From the IMG/VR virus record IMGVR_UViG_3300046804_001245, positions 1 to 64,000 of that record: 64,000 nucleotides of DNA, one strand, 5' to 3'. Made by a program: the position numbers and the translations under genes. The notes beneath the pieces are model-generated. The model was not told the origin of the DNA, made no database searches, and saw only the letters and a program-made list of their open reading frames with translations. This document shows, one piece after another, positions 29,515 to 39,225 of this stretch (within the stretch, counting starts at the first letter, position 1; each line of letters starts with the position of its first letter). This DNA is from a virus.

Positions 29515-32500
29515 ATGAGTTTTATACATTTGCATGTCCATTCCCATTATTCAACAATGGATGGACTAAATTCACCAGATGAGTTAGTAAAGCAGGCCAA
29601 GATACTTGGCATGCCTGCTATTGCTATTACAGATCATGGTACATTATCATCACATCGTGAAATGCAAATTGCCTGTGAGGAATATGGCGTAAAGCCAATC
29701 CTTGGAGTAGAGGCATATATATCGCCAACGGATAGATTTGATAGATCATCATTTAAAGATAAAAGTATTCAAGCCTATAATCACATTATCCTGCTTGCTA
29801 AAAATAAAAAGGGTTTAGAGAATATTCACAAGTTGCAGGAGATAGCGTGGACTGAAGGATTTTATTCCAAGCCACGTATTGATAGAGAGGTGCTAAAAGA
29901 ATATGCGGAAGGTATTATTGTTCTTACTGGATGTCTTAATGGGCTTATTAGTAAGTGTATCGAAAAAGGCGATCTATCTGACGCCAAACTTATACTCAAA
30001 GATTTTAGTAAAACCTTTGGCGAAGATTTATATGTTGAAGTTCAATCTCATAACCCGAAAGAAATAAATGACGGACTGCTACAACTAGCAGATGAATTAG
30101 GAATTAAGGCGGTTGCAACAGGAGATCTTCATTATGCCAAAGAGGAAGATAGGTTGTTGGAAGAAGCGTTGCTAATTATTTCCACAAACCCTAAGATGAA
30201 TAAAGATGCAGACTTTGACATGTCTCGTCAGATGAAAGATATGGCAGATAGATTTGATTACTTATATCCTGATCGTCGTATGTCATTTAAGGGCATGAAC
30301 CTGTTTATGCAGACTCGTGAAGAGATTGAGGCGGACTTTAAAAAGGCTGGAATAAATAGAACCGATATATTTGATAATACCCTAGAGGTAGCAGATAAAA
30401 TAGGAGAATATGACCTATATCGGAACCTTGACCTTCTGCCAGTCCCAAAGACTAATGCTGATGAAAAGCTACGGGACATGGCTGAAAAGGGCTTAGAACG
30501 GCTTGGGAAGGCTTCAGATGAGGTCTATAGAGCCCGCCTAGAGGAAGAATTGGCAGTTATTAAGGATAAGAAATTTGCCTCCTACTTTCTTATTGTGGCA
30601 GATATGATTAACTGGGCCAAAGGCCAAGAAATTATGGTAGGTCCAGGACGTGGTTCGGCAGCAGGATCTTTGGTCTGCTATTCCATAGGTATTACAGATG
30701 TAGATCCAATTGAATATGACCTACTGTTTTTCCGATTTATTAATCCTGAGCGTAATGACTTCCCAGATATTGATACAGACTTTGAGGACCGCCGTCGTAA
30801 AGAGGTTAAAGATTATCTAAAGAAAAAGTTTAAACACGTTGCATCTATTTCTACATTTACTTATTTTAAGGATAAGGGTGTGGTTCGTGATGCTGCTCGT
30901 GCATTCCTTGTGCCGCTCTCAGATGTTAATCATGCCCTTAAATCTGTAGATACATTTGAAGAGTATGCTACATCTCCGAATACAAAAGAATTTAGAATGA
31001 AGTATCCAGAAGTAACGTGGCTTGCAGAAAGGCTTCGTGGCAAGATTAGAAGTACAGGCATTCATGCTGCTGGAGTTATTGTGGCGAAGGATGATATTCG
31101 TAACTACGGTCCAGTTGAAACAAGAGAAGATCGTGAAGATAAAGCTTCTGGTCGTATTCCAGTTATTGCATATGACATGGACACCGTCGCAGACATAGGT
31201 CTAATTAAGCTAGATGCTCTTGGATTAAAATGTTTATCAGTTATAGCAGATACAACTGCTTCAATTAGAAAGCGTACTGGGAAGAATATAGATTTTTCTA
31301 AAATGAATTTTGATGACCCAGAAGTATACAAGATGCTAAGCGAAGGTTATACTAAAGGAGTATTTCAAGCGGAAGCAACACCATACACAAACCTTTTGAT
31401 TAAGATGGGGGCTACAGAGTTTGAAGATCTAATCGTATCTAATGCTCTCGTTCGCCCAGGAGCTATGAATACTGTCGGTGCATCATATATCAATAGAAAG
31501 CATGGCAAAGAAGCGGTTGAATATGTACATCCAATTATGCAGCCCTTCACAAAAAATACATATGGCGTAATTATATATCAAGAGCAGGTCATGCAGGCCT
31601 GCGTACACCTTGGTGGAATGACTTGGTCTGAGGCAGACAAAGTTCGTAAAATTATTGGAAAGAAAAAAGATGCAAAAGAATTCGACCAGTTCAAGGATAA
31701 ATTTGTTGAAGGCGCTTCAAAGCACATTTCTAAAAAGCAGGCAGAAAAGCTTTGGCACGACTTTGAAGCACATGCTGGATACTCGTTCAATAGGTCTCAC
31801 GCTGTTGCTTACTCTATGCTTTCTTATTATACCGCTTGGCTTAAGTTACATTATCCTCTGGAGTTTATTTTCGCAGCGCTCAAAAATGAAGGAGACAAAG
31901 ACACCAGAACAGAATACCTCATTGAAGCAAAGCGACTTGGACTAAGAGTTCAACTGCCACATATAAATGAGTCTGATGTATACTTTTCTTTACAGAAAGA
32001 CTCCCTGCGATTCGGGCTGGCAGAAATTAAATTTATATCAGATAGTATCGCAAATAAAATCATAGAAGGAAGACCATATGCAAACTATAAAGAATTTATT
32101 GAAAAGGCCGCAAAAAAAGGAAGCGGCATTAATAGTAGGGCTATTAGCTCTCTTAATGCTATTGGCGGTGCTGCCTTTGAGGATAATGCTAGGAGCGGTC
32201 AAGAAAAAGAAAACTACTACGAATACCTAGGCATACCATCTTTTGAATTAAAGAATATTCCCCCTAGAATTAAAGCGCAGGCAATTACAATAGATCAATT
32301 TGATCCATTGGGATCGTTTGTTATGTTTGGTATGGTTAAAAGTATAAAGCGTGGCAAAGGCTGGGCAAGAGTCGAATTAGTAGATGAGACTGGAAGTATC
32401 GGTCTTTTCCACCACGAACAAACGCAAATTGAATCTGGCAAGATGTATTTTATTCTTGTAGGAGATAATCGTATTGCAAGATATGTGGACGTTGCCGATA

Positions 32501-32784
32501 TTAATCCAGAGTCTGCAGACGTATTTGTAGATTTCTTATATCGAAAACAGTATAGTCTTGAAGAAGATGAGAAGATTGTGGTAAACTTTAGCCCGTACCA
32601 GACAAAAAATGGAAAGACTATGTCTCATATTGTAATGTCTGATAAGGATAAAAATCTTACTAGAGCAATTGCATTTCCATCAATGTATAAAATAACATTA
32701 GCAAAAATGCGTGACGGAATGAAATGTAAGCCTGTGTTATCAAAATTAGATGATGGCACATTGATGATTAAGGAAATAAAATGA
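29515..32784 (+). CDS. dnaE: DNA polymerase III alpha subunit
   Basis: PHP HLHVHSHYS/AITDHG, GRGSAAGS, PDIDTDF, HAAG, KLDALGL, FNRSHA. Confidence 0.96.
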   Translation: MSFIHLHVHSHYSTMDGLNSPDELVKQAKILGMPAIAITDHGTLSSHREMQIACEEYGVKPILGVEAYISPTDRFDRSSFKDKSIQAYNHIILLAKNKKGLENIHKLQEIAWTEGFYSKPRIDREVLKEYAEGIIVLTGCLNGLISKCIEKGDLSDAKLILKDFSKTFGEDLYVEVQSHNPKEINDGLLQLADELGIKAVATGDLHYAKEEDRLLEEALLIISTNPKMNKDADFDMSRQMKDMADRFDYLYPDRRMSFKGMNLFMQTREEIEADFKKAGINRTDIFDNTLEVADKIGEYDLYRNLDLLPVPKTNADEKLRDMAEKGLERLGKASDEVYRARLEEELAVIKDKKFASYFLIVADMINWAKGQEIMVGPGRGSAAGSLVCYSIGITDVDPIEYDLLFFRFINPERNDFPDIDTDFEDRRRKEVKDYLKKKFKHVASISTFTYFKDKGVVRDAARAFLVPLSDVNHALKSVDTFEEYATSPNTKEFRMKYPEVTWLAERLRGKIRSTGIHAAGVIVAKDDIRNYGPVETREDREDKASGRIPVIAYDMDTVADIGLIKLDALGLKCLSVIADTTASIRKRTGKNIDFSKMNFDDPEVYKMLSEGYTKGVFQAEATPYTNLLIKMGATEFEDLIVSNALVRPGAMNTVGASYINRKHGKEAVEYVHPIMQPFTKNTYGVIIYQEQVMQACVHLGGMTWSEADKVRKIIGKKKDAKEFDQFKDKFVEGASKHISKKQAEKLWHDFEAHAGYSFNRSHAVAYSMLSYYTAWLKLHYPLEFIFAALKNEGDKDTRTEYLIEAKRLGLRVQLPHINESDVYFSLQKDSLRFGLAEIKFISDSIANKIIEGRPYANYKEFIEKAAKKGSGINSRAISSLNAIGGAAFEDNARSGQEKENYYEYLGIPSFELKNIPPRIKAQAITIDQFDPLGSFVMFGMVKSIKRGKGWARVELVDETGSIGLFHHEQTQIESGKMYFILVGDNRIARYVDVADINPESADVFVDFLYRKQYSLEEDEKIVVNFSPYQTKNGKTMSHIVMSDKDKNLTRAIAFPSMYKITLAKMRDGMKCKPVLSKLDDGTLMIKEIK

Positions 32785-32975
32785 CAGAAGATATTGTTCA
32801 GTCAATGAGCCTGAATAAAATATTGGTTGCCTTGCTGGAACAATATGGTAGTCTCACGGTTCCAACCACAAAATTTGTAGAGGCAGCAAATGAAGATAAA
32901 GAATTAGTTGTAGAGTACGATGATACGGACTTTACGTTTAAATTTAGTTTAAGGAGTAAAAATGAACAGCAATGA
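32781..32975 (+). CDS. hypothetical protein
   Basis: Coupled ORF with AAGGA SD. Confidence 0.55.
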   Translation: MTEDIVQSMSLNKILVALLEQYGSLTVPTTKFVEAANEDKELVVEYDDTDFTFKFSLRSKNEQQ

Positions 32976-33309
32976 AATAGTAACTGAATATGGTCTAGAT
33001 GCTTTGGCCGCAGTACTGCATGAGACGGCAGTAGAAAAAGGATTTTGGGATGGAGAATACACACATGACAAAATTGGAAATAAGTTAGCTCTAGTACATT
33101 CTGAAGTTACAGAAGTATTAGAAGCGGTTCGTAAAAGTCAAGGATCAGAAAAAGTAGTAGAAGAAATAGCAGATATTATTATTCGTATTTTAGATGTATA
33201 TGCCGCTATGAGAAATGAAGAGGCAGTCCTACACAGCCTTGATGAAATATTAAATAATAAAATGAAAAAAAATAAACAACGTCCAAAGCTTCACGGCAAC
33301 CTATTCTAA
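32962..33309 (+). CDS. MazG-like nucleotide pyrophosphohydrolase
   Basis: LVHSEVTEVLEA...EEIADIIIR. Confidence 0.82.
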   Translation: MNSNEIVTEYGLDALAAVLHETAVEKGFWDGEYTHDKIGNKLALVHSEVTEVLEAVRKSQGSEKVVEEIADIIIRILDVYAAMRNEEAVLHSLDEILNNKMKKNKQRPKLHGNLF

Positions 33310-33339
33310 ATGATATAATAGTAGAAAGAAAGAGTATAA

Positions 33340-34344
33340 ATGACAATTGTAATAGAAGATATATTAGCAAAATTAGATCCAAAAACTAGATCAAGAGTAC
33401 AGTCAGCAGTAGATGTTCAAGTAGAAAGACAGCCAACGCCTAGCATTGGTTTGAATCTTGCTCTAAAGGGAGGACTCGGCTTCGGAAGACAGGTCTTAGT
33501 TTGGGGTAATAAGTCTGCTGGCAAGTCATCTTTCTGTCTACAGATGATAGCAGAAGCACAAAAGAATGGTAAGACTTGTGCCTGGATTGACGCAGAAGCA
33601 TCTTATGATAAAGGTTGGGCGGAACGGCTTGGGGTAGACTCATCTAAATTGATCTATTCCCCAGCAAAAACAATTAACGATATGGTTGACGTTGCTACAC
33701 AATTGATGGAGGCAGAAGTCGACCTAATTGTAGTTGATTCTATATCTGCCTTACTTCCAGCAATTTATTTTGAAAAAGATAGTTCAGAATTAAAGAAACT
33801 TGAAGATACCAAACAGATCGGCGCAGAAGCAAAGGATATGACACATGCAGTTAAGATGCTTAATTATGCAAACAAGAACACGCTTCTTGTCCTCATATCA
33901 CAACAACGTAATCAATTTGGGTCTATGCATGCTTCGCATATTCCGACGGGTGGAATGGCGGTTAAATTCTTCTCATCTACTGTTATTAAACTATGGAGCT
34001 CGGAAGCTGAAGCGAATGCGATCAAGGCTGGCGTTAAAGTTGGCGATAAGATTATTGAACAAAGGGTAGGAAGACCAGTAAATTGGATTATTGATTATAA
34101 TAAGCTAGGTCCACCTAATCTTGCAGGACAATATGATTTTTATTACCAAGGAGAAACCATTGGTATTGATAGGACAGGAGAAGTACTTGATGTTGCCGAA
34201 ATGTGCGGAGTCGTGGAAAAAGGTGGCGCTTGGTACACCGTGGAAGGTGAGCGGCTACAAGGAAGAGCAAAAGCCGTGCAATTCCTTCGTGATAATCCAA
34301 AAGTAGTAGACAAACTTGTTAAGGCTATAGATGCCAAGTCTTAA
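33340..34344 (+). CDS. recA: RecA/UvsX-like recombinase
   Basis: GNKSAGKS, WIDAE, IVVDS, PTGG, KGGAWY...QG. Confidence 0.92.
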   Translation: MTIVIEDILAKLDPKTRSRVQSAVDVQVERQPTPSIGLNLALKGGLGFGRQVLVWGNKSAGKSSFCLQMIAEAQKNGKTCAWIDAEASYDKGWAERLGVDSSKLIYSPAKTINDMVDVATQLMEAEVDLIVVDSISALLPAIYFEKDSSELKKLEDTKQIGAEAKDMTHAVKMLNYANKNTLLVLISQQRNQFGSMHASHIPTGGMAVKFFSSTVIKLWSSEAEANAIKAGVKVGDKIIEQRVGRPVNWIIDYNKLGPPNLAGQYDFYYQGETIGIDRTGEVLDVAEMCGVVEKGGAWYTVEGERLQGRAKAVQFLRDNPKVVDKLVKAIDAKS

Positions 34345-34513
34345 TGAATTCATACAAAACAAAGAGCCAACCCCAGGCCTAGATAAAATTGAAGAGTCTA
34401 GGCCATGCTCAAAATGTAGCAAGGACTCAGACTTTTATTATTGGAATGCACAAAATTTAGAAATGACTTGGACATGCCCAGACGGTCATAAAAATTCATA
34501 CAGGATAAACTAA
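34331..34513 (+). CDS. small Cys/His protein
   Basis: CSKC...CPDGH. Confidence 0.55.
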   Translation: MPSLNEFIQNKEPTPGLDKIEESRPCSKCSKDSDFYYWNAQNLEMTWTCPDGHKNSYRIN

Positions 34514-34812
34514 TGTCAGAAAGATCAGAAGCAAAGAGAGACGGCGCAAAACAACAAAAGAATAGCGGCAGGGGAGATTACCAAAAGGGTGATGCTATCT
34601 GGAATGGCTTTGTTGTTGACTATAAAGAGTCTGGTAAATCTGTATTAGTGTCAAAAGAAATGTGGGCAAAAGTATGCACAGATACCTTTAAGGTAAGTAG
34701 GGCATATTATCCAGTATTAAAATTAGTTATAGGTGAAGACAATAGTAAGACAAGATTAGCAGTAATTGAGTGGTCATTACTGGAACAGCTAGTAGAAAAG
34801 TGGCACGAGTGA
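34513..34812 (+). CDS. PD-(D/E)XK Holliday-junction-resolvase-like protein
   Basis: SE..EA, NSG, KGD, VVDYKE. Confidence 0.62.
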   Translation: MSERSEAKRDGAKQQKNSGRGDYQKGDAIWNGFVVDYKESGKSVLVSKEMWAKVCTDTFKVSRAYYPVLKLVIGEDNSKTRLAVIEWSLLEQLVEKWHE

Positions 34813-34967
34813 GAGATATATTTATGACAACATTAGTTGGAGCTATTGTAGGTGGAGTATTTAGCGCATTCAAGCTCCCAATTCCAGCGCCCCCAGTATT
34901 TGCTGGATTGATGGGAATCGTTGGACTATGGATTGGATACGCTATAGTAACAAAGGTATTGGCATGA
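34809..34967 (+). CDS. XapX/DUF1427-like small membrane protein
   Basis: GGVFSAFKLPIPAPPVFAGLMGIVG; GTG 34809. Confidence 0.7.
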   Translation: MRDIFMTTLVGAIVGGVFSAFKLPIPAPPVFAGLMGIVGLWIGYAIVTKVLA

Positions 34968-35299
34968 CAGAGAAAAATACATTAGAGTTAATTAATGACA
35001 TAACAGAGTTTAATGACCTGCACGAATATATGAAAGATGAACAACTTGATAGAGCGCTTGCCATAGTAGTAAAACTTTTGCTTAACCCAGATGTACCAGC
35101 AGCAAAAGCCCCACATCTTATTATTGAACTACAAGCAATGTCAACAAAGTTTGCCATGATGGCTTCAGTATATTCAACAATTGCAAAAGATAAAGCTGGT
35201 TCTATAAACAACAATAAAAAGAATATTTATTATTCAGCGAAGGAGTCGATAGACAAGCTTGTGGATGCCCTCAAGTATGTTGTTCGTTATAATGGCTAG
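34964..35299 (+). CDS. hypothetical helical protein
   Basis: Coupled ATG 34964; lies in recombination cluster. Confidence 0.55.
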   Translation: MTEKNTLELINDITEFNDLHEYMKDEQLDRALAIVVKLLLNPDVPAAKAPHLIIELQAMSTKFAMMASVYSTIAKDKAGSINNNKKNIYYSAKESIDKLVDALKYVVRYNG

Positions 35300-36074
35300 A
35301 GACATAGTAAAGAATTTAAAATTTAAAAAGTATGAAGGCAAGTTTGATCCTAAAGAGTTTGCTAAGATGCTTGACGATGCCTATCTTGCTACAAAACGTG
35401 CAGATGGAGAAATGACTAAATATACATTTAGCCCAAGTAGTTTTGGATATGGCAATGGAAACTGTCCACGTTATTGGTATATGGCATTTAGCGGAGCAAC
35501 TTTTGTAGATAACAACGACGCAAAGGCAGTCGCAAATATGGCTCAAGGAACTCAGGCTCATGAAAGATTGCAAGGCCTAATTGAAAAAATGGGAGCTCCA
35601 ATAAAGTCAGTACAGACTGAAATAGAGATTAAAAATGAGTATCCTCCAATTCGTGGGTTCATAGATCTCGTAATTAATTGGGATGATGAAGAAGTTCTTG
35701 GAGAAATTAAAACGGCTAAGCAGGAGGTATGGGATACAAGGCAGGCAGAAATGTCACCATCAGCAAACCACATGCTTCAGTTGCTTACATATATGAAATT
35801 GAGGAATGTAAAAGAAGCCTTCTTTTTGTACGAAAATAAAAATACACAGGAAATTCTTTTGATTCCAATTCAAATGAATGATAAGAATAAAGAAGTTATA
35901 GATAATTTATTTGTTTGGCTATGTGAAGTTTATGATAACTTTAAAGATGGCGGACTTCCAATAAGACCGTTTGTAAAAACAAGTTATGCCTGCAAAGGGT
36001 GTCCAATTAAAAAAGAATGCTGGGCAGGACCAACTGGAGAAGTTCAAATAGAGCCATATGAGGTGCAGAAATAA
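35292..36074 (+). CDS. Cas4-like (PD-(D/E)XK, Fe-S) exonuclease
   Basis: CPRYW, GTQAHE, GFID, GEIKT, QLLTY, CKGCPIKKEC. Confidence 0.85.
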   Translation: MARDIVKNLKFKKYEGKFDPKEFAKMLDDAYLATKRADGEMTKYTFSPSSFGYGNGNCPRYWYMAFSGATFVDNNDAKAVANMAQGTQAHERLQGLIEKMGAPIKSVQTEIEIKNEYPPIRGFIDLVINWDDEEVLGEIKTAKQEVWDTRQAEMSPSANHMLQLLTYMKLRNVKEAFFLYENKNTQEILLIPIQMNDKNKEVIDNLFVWLCEVYDNFKDGGLPIRPFVKTSYACKGCPIKKECWAGPTGEVQIEPYEVQK

Positions 36075-36352
36075 TGATTTGTGCTAATAAAGAATGTGCG
36101 AAAGACTTTGAGGCAAAAACACATAATCAAAAGTATTGTTCAGATGAGTGTTGCCGTATTGCTACTAATCGTAGAATCATGGAAAAATATTATGAGAAAA
36201 AAGCAATTAGAGGTGGGGCAAAAAGATTATGCAAAAAATGTAACGCTAGGCTAAGCAGATATAACGAATCTAATGTATGTTCTGGCTGTCAGAAAAAAAT
36301 CGATATAAATCAAAAGAACAAATTGTTGAGGATGATCGATGAGATTGGGTGA
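36074..36352 (+). CDS. Cys-rich Zn-binding protein
   Basis: C..C...QKYCSDEC, CKKC..CSGC. Confidence 0.6.
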   Translation: MICANKECAKDFEAKTHNQKYCSDECCRIATNRRIMEKYYEKKAIRGGAKRLCKKCNARLSRYNESNVCSGCQKKIDINQKNKLLRMIDEIG

Positions 36353-36905
36353 GTTAATTAAAACTAAAGCTAATAGAGTCCTTGGCATAGATGCTTCAAC
36401 AAACTCTGTTGCCTTTTGCCTTATGGAAAATGATAAACCAATTAAATGGGGCAAAGTAGAATTTTCTGGATCAGACATATATGAGAAAATACATGATGCT
36501 AAAGTTAAAATGCATGCCATGCTAGATGAATTAAAGTCTGATTATATTGTTGTAGAAGGAGCAGTGTTTGTCAAATCCCCAGATGCCGTGATAAAATTAT
36601 CATATGTCTATGGTGTTGTCATTGCTGAGCTTATGTCTAGTGGCGCTAGTGTTATCACTATATCTCCTACATCTTGGCAGGCTTATATTGGAAACAAGAA
36701 CCCAACAAAGCTGGAGAAGGACAAACTTAGGTTTGAAAATCCAGGATATGCTGACTCTTGGTATAAAGCAAAAATGCGGGAGATTAGAAAGCAAAGAACT
36801 GTAGATTACTTTAACAGTAAGTACAATTTAAAACTAGATGATTTTGATGTGGCAGATGCATTCGGCATTGCCCACTATTCAAATACGGTGTTAACTGAAC
36901 GATGA
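36339..36905 (+). CDS. ruvC: RuvC-like resolvase
   Basis: VLGIDAS, IVVE, DVADAFGIA. Confidence 0.82.
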   Translation: MRLGELIKTKANRVLGIDASTNSVAFCLMENDKPIKWGKVEFSGSDIYEKIHDAKVKMHAMLDELKSDYIVVEGAVFVKSPDAVIKLSYVYGVVIAELMSSGASVITISPTSWQAYIGNKNPTKLEKDKLRFENPGYADSWYKAKMREIRKQRTVDYFNSKYNLKLDDFDVADAFGIAHYSNTVLTER

Positions 36906-37042
36906 AGCTTTATAAAAGTAAAGATTGGCTGTATCGACGATATATTGTGCAAAAAAAGACCATGGAAGAAATAGCAAAAGAATGTGGCGTTACTACAATG
37001 ACCATATATAGGGCACTAAAAGATAATGGATTAATTAAATGA
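36902..37042 (+). CDS. small HTH protein (not in ORF track)
   Basis: WLYRRYI..KTMEEIAKECGVTTMTIYRAL; ATGA overlaps on both ends. Confidence 0.72.
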   Translation: MKLYKSKDWLYRRYIVQKKTMEEIAKECGVTTMTIYRALKDNGLIK

Positions 37043-37680
37043 GCATACCAGTACTAGTAGTTCCAGTTTTAAATAGATATGACTTATTAGAAGATATGCT
37101 TAATTCTATTAATTATCCAATAGATAATATATTAATTATAGATAACGGTGGAGAATTTAAAACAGATAGAAATATAAAAGTTTTAAATATGCCAGCTAAT
37201 CTAGGACTATCAGCTTCATGGAATTTAGCAATTAAATGTTTCCCCCATGCCAAGTATTGGCTTTTTGCATCAGCAGATACTAAATGGTCAGAAACAGCCT
37301 TACAAGAAATAGATAACATCAGTGGACCAGATAAATTAATACTAACTAATGATGCGTACGGATGTTTTTCTGTAGGAGAAAACGTAATAGAAAAAGTGGG
37401 ATTATTCGATGAATATTTTTATCCCATATATTTTGAAGACAACGACTTTCATGAAAGAGTAGCAAGGTTTTGTCCTGAAAACACAATAGTATCAACTTCA
37501 ATTCAAACCGCTCCCGAAGTTGGAAGCCAAACAATAAATAGCGACGATAAATTAAAAAATAAAAACCACGAGACATTTGTAAAAAATCAAGAATACTATA
37601 AATACAAACAAACTACAAACTTCGAACAACCAAAACCTTGGTCTTTATCAAGAAGGAGGGATCACGAATGGCTACGATAG
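37039..37680 (+). CDS. glycosyltransferase family 2 (GT-A)
   Basis: VPVLNR, IIDNG, NLG..ASWN, GLFDE.FYP.YFEDND. Confidence 0.85.
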   Translation: MSIPVLVVPVLNRYDLLEDMLNSINYPIDNILIIDNGGEFKTDRNIKVLNMPANLGLSASWNLAIKCFPHAKYWLFASADTKWSETALQEIDNISGPDKLILTNDAYGCFSVGENVIEKVGLFDEYFYPIYFEDNDFHERVARFCPENTIVSTSIQTAPEVGSQTINSDDKLKNKNHETFVKNQEYYKYKQTTNFEQPKPWSLSRRRDHEWLR

Positions 37681-38336
37681 GAGTTTTGCCAGCCTCTGGC
37701 AAGGCATCAAGAATTGGCGGAATACCAAAGTTTTGCTTGCCAGTATCCGATGAAAGATCATTACTTCAATGGCACGTAGAGCAAATGCTAGAAGTTTGCG
37801 ATGAAGTTCGTGTAGCAACTAGACCAGAGTGGGTCCCGATTGTTCAAAATATGGATATGAATATTAAGCTAATTGTTCGTGAGCCATCTACTATGTCTGA
37901 TGCAGTTAAGTTCATGGTTGGAGAATATAATGATACTGTAATAATTGGAATGCCAGATACATTTATTTTAAACGCTCCAGTAAATATTTATAAAGAAATG
38001 ATGAAAGATAATAACGCAGATATTGTTCTTGGGGTGTGGGAATGTACAAATGAATTAAAAGGACGAGTTGGACAGGTATTAATATCTGACGATAAAGTTG
38101 TAGGATCAGAAGATAAAATAGATAATTGCGATTATCCAGATATGTGGGGCACTATGCTATTTCGCAAAAATATGATAAGATATCTAGATCCAAAATTGGA
38201 CCATCCAGGTAAACAATTAAAAGATTGGATACAGGATGGTGCAAATATTAGGGCAGTAAGACCAGGCGGACGATATATGGATATTGGAACGCTAAGAGGA
38301 CTTAAACAGTTATACAAGGAGATGGATAATGCCTGA
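37668..38336 (+). CDS. sugar-1-phosphate nucleotidyltransferase (RmlA-like)
   Basis: GVLPASGKASRIGGIPK, GMPD, YMDIGT. Confidence 0.8.
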   Translation: MATIGVLPASGKASRIGGIPKFCLPVSDERSLLQWHVEQMLEVCDEVRVATRPEWVPIVQNMDMNIKLIVREPSTMSDAVKFMVGEYNDTVIIGMPDTFILNAPVNIYKEMMKDNNADIVLGVWECTNELKGRVGQVLISDDKVVGSEDKIDNCDYPDMWGTMLFRKNMIRYLDPKLDHPGKQLKDWIQDGANIRAVRPGGRYMDIGTLRGLKQLYKEMDNA

Positions 38337-38652
38337 ACCGATATTCCCAGACGCTAATAGATTTGACTGTAATGATCTTTACCTATATTCAATAGGTGCT
38401 CCTTCTGGTAGAAAGATTTTAGACTCCTGCCATGAAATTGCAAAGATGTTAATAGATAAGAATATATCTTATGGCGATTCTGCCCTATCCCCAGTTCGTA
38501 TATTTTCAAAGGCGGAACCAAGAGAACAATTATATGTTCGCATAGATGATAAATTAAGTAGACTTATGAAGGGCTCAGACTATCCAGGAGATAATGACAT
38601 TGATGACCTAATTGGCTATTTAATACTGCTCAAAATAGCTAAATCAAGTTGA
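38329..38652 (+). CDS. DUF1599 / nucleotide-modification-associated domain 1-like protein
   Basis: KN..YG, VRIDDKLSRL, D..DLIGY. Confidence 0.72.
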   Translation: MPEPIFPDANRFDCNDLYLYSIGAPSGRKILDSCHEIAKMLIDKNISYGDSALSPVRIFSKAEPREQLYVRIDDKLSRLMKGSDYPGDNDIDDLIGYLILLKIAKSS

Positions 38653-38677
38653 TATTTTAGTCGACTAAGAGTATAAT
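38649..38677 (+). promoter_or_regulatory. promoter TTGATA-N17-TATAAT for packaging genes
   Basis: Consensus spacing; ATG 8 nt downstream, no SD. Confidence 0.65.
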
Positions 38678-38685
38678 AATTACAT

Positions 38686-39225
38686 ATGGAAATTGAATTA
38701 GCTGATCATTTTGATCGCATGAACAAGGTTGTTGAAGAATTACTCAAAGGTAACAATCCCACTCAGATTGCCTCTATAACGGGTTTTAAACGTGCAGATG
38801 TCCTAGGATATATAGACGAGTGGAAAGAGGTCGTTAAAAGCGATTCTGGAGCCCGTGATAGGGCAAAGGAAGCCATCTCTGGAGCAGACCAACACTATGC
38901 CATGCTTATTAAAGAGGCCTGGAAGACCGTAGAGGATGCAGATCAGGCGGGACAATTAAATATAAAAGCAACAGCATTAAAACTAATTGCAGATATTGAA
39001 GGCAAGCGTATTGGAATGCTACAAGAAGTCGGATTGTTGGACAATCAAGAATTGGCATCACAGGTAGCAGAGACCGAACGAAAGCAAGATGTATTAGTTA
39101 AAATATTAAAAGAAGTAACAGCAACCTGTCCTAAATGTAAAATGGAAGTTGCAAAACGTTTGTCTCAAATAACTGGAGTAGTAGAACCAGTTATTCTTGA
39201 TGCAGAGGAAGCAAGTGGATCTTAA
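38686..39225 (+). CDS. putative terminase small subunit (HTH)
   Basis: N-terminal HTH (LLKGNNPTQIASITG), helical body; overlaps terminase large start. Confidence 0.55.
   Translation: MEIELADHFDRMNKVVEELLKGNNPTQIASITGFKRADVLGYIDEWKEVVKSDSGARDRAKEAISGADQHYAMLIKEAWKTVEDADQAGQLNIKATALKLIADIEGKRIGMLQEVGLLDNQELASQVAETERKQDVLVKILKEVTATCPKCKMEVAKRLSQITGVVEPVILDAEEASGS

Noticed and set aside
35292-36074. Cas4-like gene as sign of a CRISPR-Cas system
   Set aside because: No repeat-spacer array or other cas genes seen; solo Cas4-like nucleases are normal in phage recombination clusters
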